The notes beneath the pieces were generated by a model. It was not told where the DNA came from, did not search any database, and saw nothing but the letters and a program-made list of their open reading frames with translations. The position numbers and the translations under genes are program-made. This document shows positions 63,495 to 64,000 of a DNA stretch of 64,000 bases, piece after piece (position 1 is the first letter of the stretch; each line of letters starts with the position of its first letter). This DNA comes from Mobula hypostoma (lineage: Eukaryota): positions 93,374,001 to 93,438,000 of the forward strand of contig NC_086097.1 in NCBI RefSeq assembly GCF_963921235.1, written 5' to 3'.

Positions 63495-64000
63495 TGCATG
63501 AATTTGAGTTTGAGAAGGAGAAGCTGAAGTCAGGTATATCATATTACAGTGGAGTGCCAAATCCAGGATTTGGAAGCTTTTCAACAGAAGGCAACTAAAG
63601 CAATAAGGAGAGAAAATATGATATATGATGTTAAGTTAGTCAATGATATAAAAGAAGATACCAAAAGATTATACCACTGGAAAATGAAACTGAAGAGTTA
63701 GTAATGAGGAACAAAGAAATAGTGATCTTCGAAGAATCGCTAGATTCTGGAATGGTTCCTGAGGACTGGAAAAACTTTTGAAATTCTTTGAGCAAATAGT
63801 AGGCAGGATAGAGAGTCTGTGGATGTTATCTACTGGGATTTTCAGAAGGCCTTTGATAAGTTGCCACGCATGAGGTTGCTAAACAATATAAGAGCCCATG
63901 GAATCGTAGGAAAGATACTAGCATGGATAGAAAACTGTTTGACTGGCAGGAGGCAAGCAGTGGAATAAAGGGGGCATTTTCTTTTGACTTCTGGTAACAA
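63495..64000 (+). mobile_element. CR1 LINE fragments (continue past the window end)
   Basis: FEKEKLKS, SLDSGMVPEDWK, DFQKAFDKLPRMRLL and LTGRRQ motifs. Confidence 0.75.

Overview
Eukaryotic, repeat-dense DNA, most likely from a cartilaginous fish (ray/shark-type repeat content: HE1-like V-SINEs, CR1, Rex1/Babar-like and L1/Tx1-like LINEs, Penelope-like elements). One host gene is recognisable: MGA (MAX gene-associated T-box/bHLHZip factor). Its large first coding exon, with an intron-less T-box, lies at 60282-61489 (+). A CpG island at about 44950-47700 is the likely promoter and holds a candidate first exon ending at 46965. Most of the rest is a deeply nested mosaic of retroelements and DNA transposons, many with readable target-site duplications (TSDs). 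The most notable signals are: (i) at least nine copies of a minimal type I hammerhead-ribozyme motif in Penelope pseudo-LTRs (pLTRs), including an inverted pair and a ~97-bp ribozyme-only insertion; (ii) a predicted spliced 63-aa upstream ORF in the MGA leader; (iii) a TSD-flanked non-coding retroposon with a highly structured 5' end; (iv) several AAGATGG-headed non-coding retroposon families. All calls were made by eye; family names need confirmation against repeat libraries and boundaries without a stated TSD are approximate.
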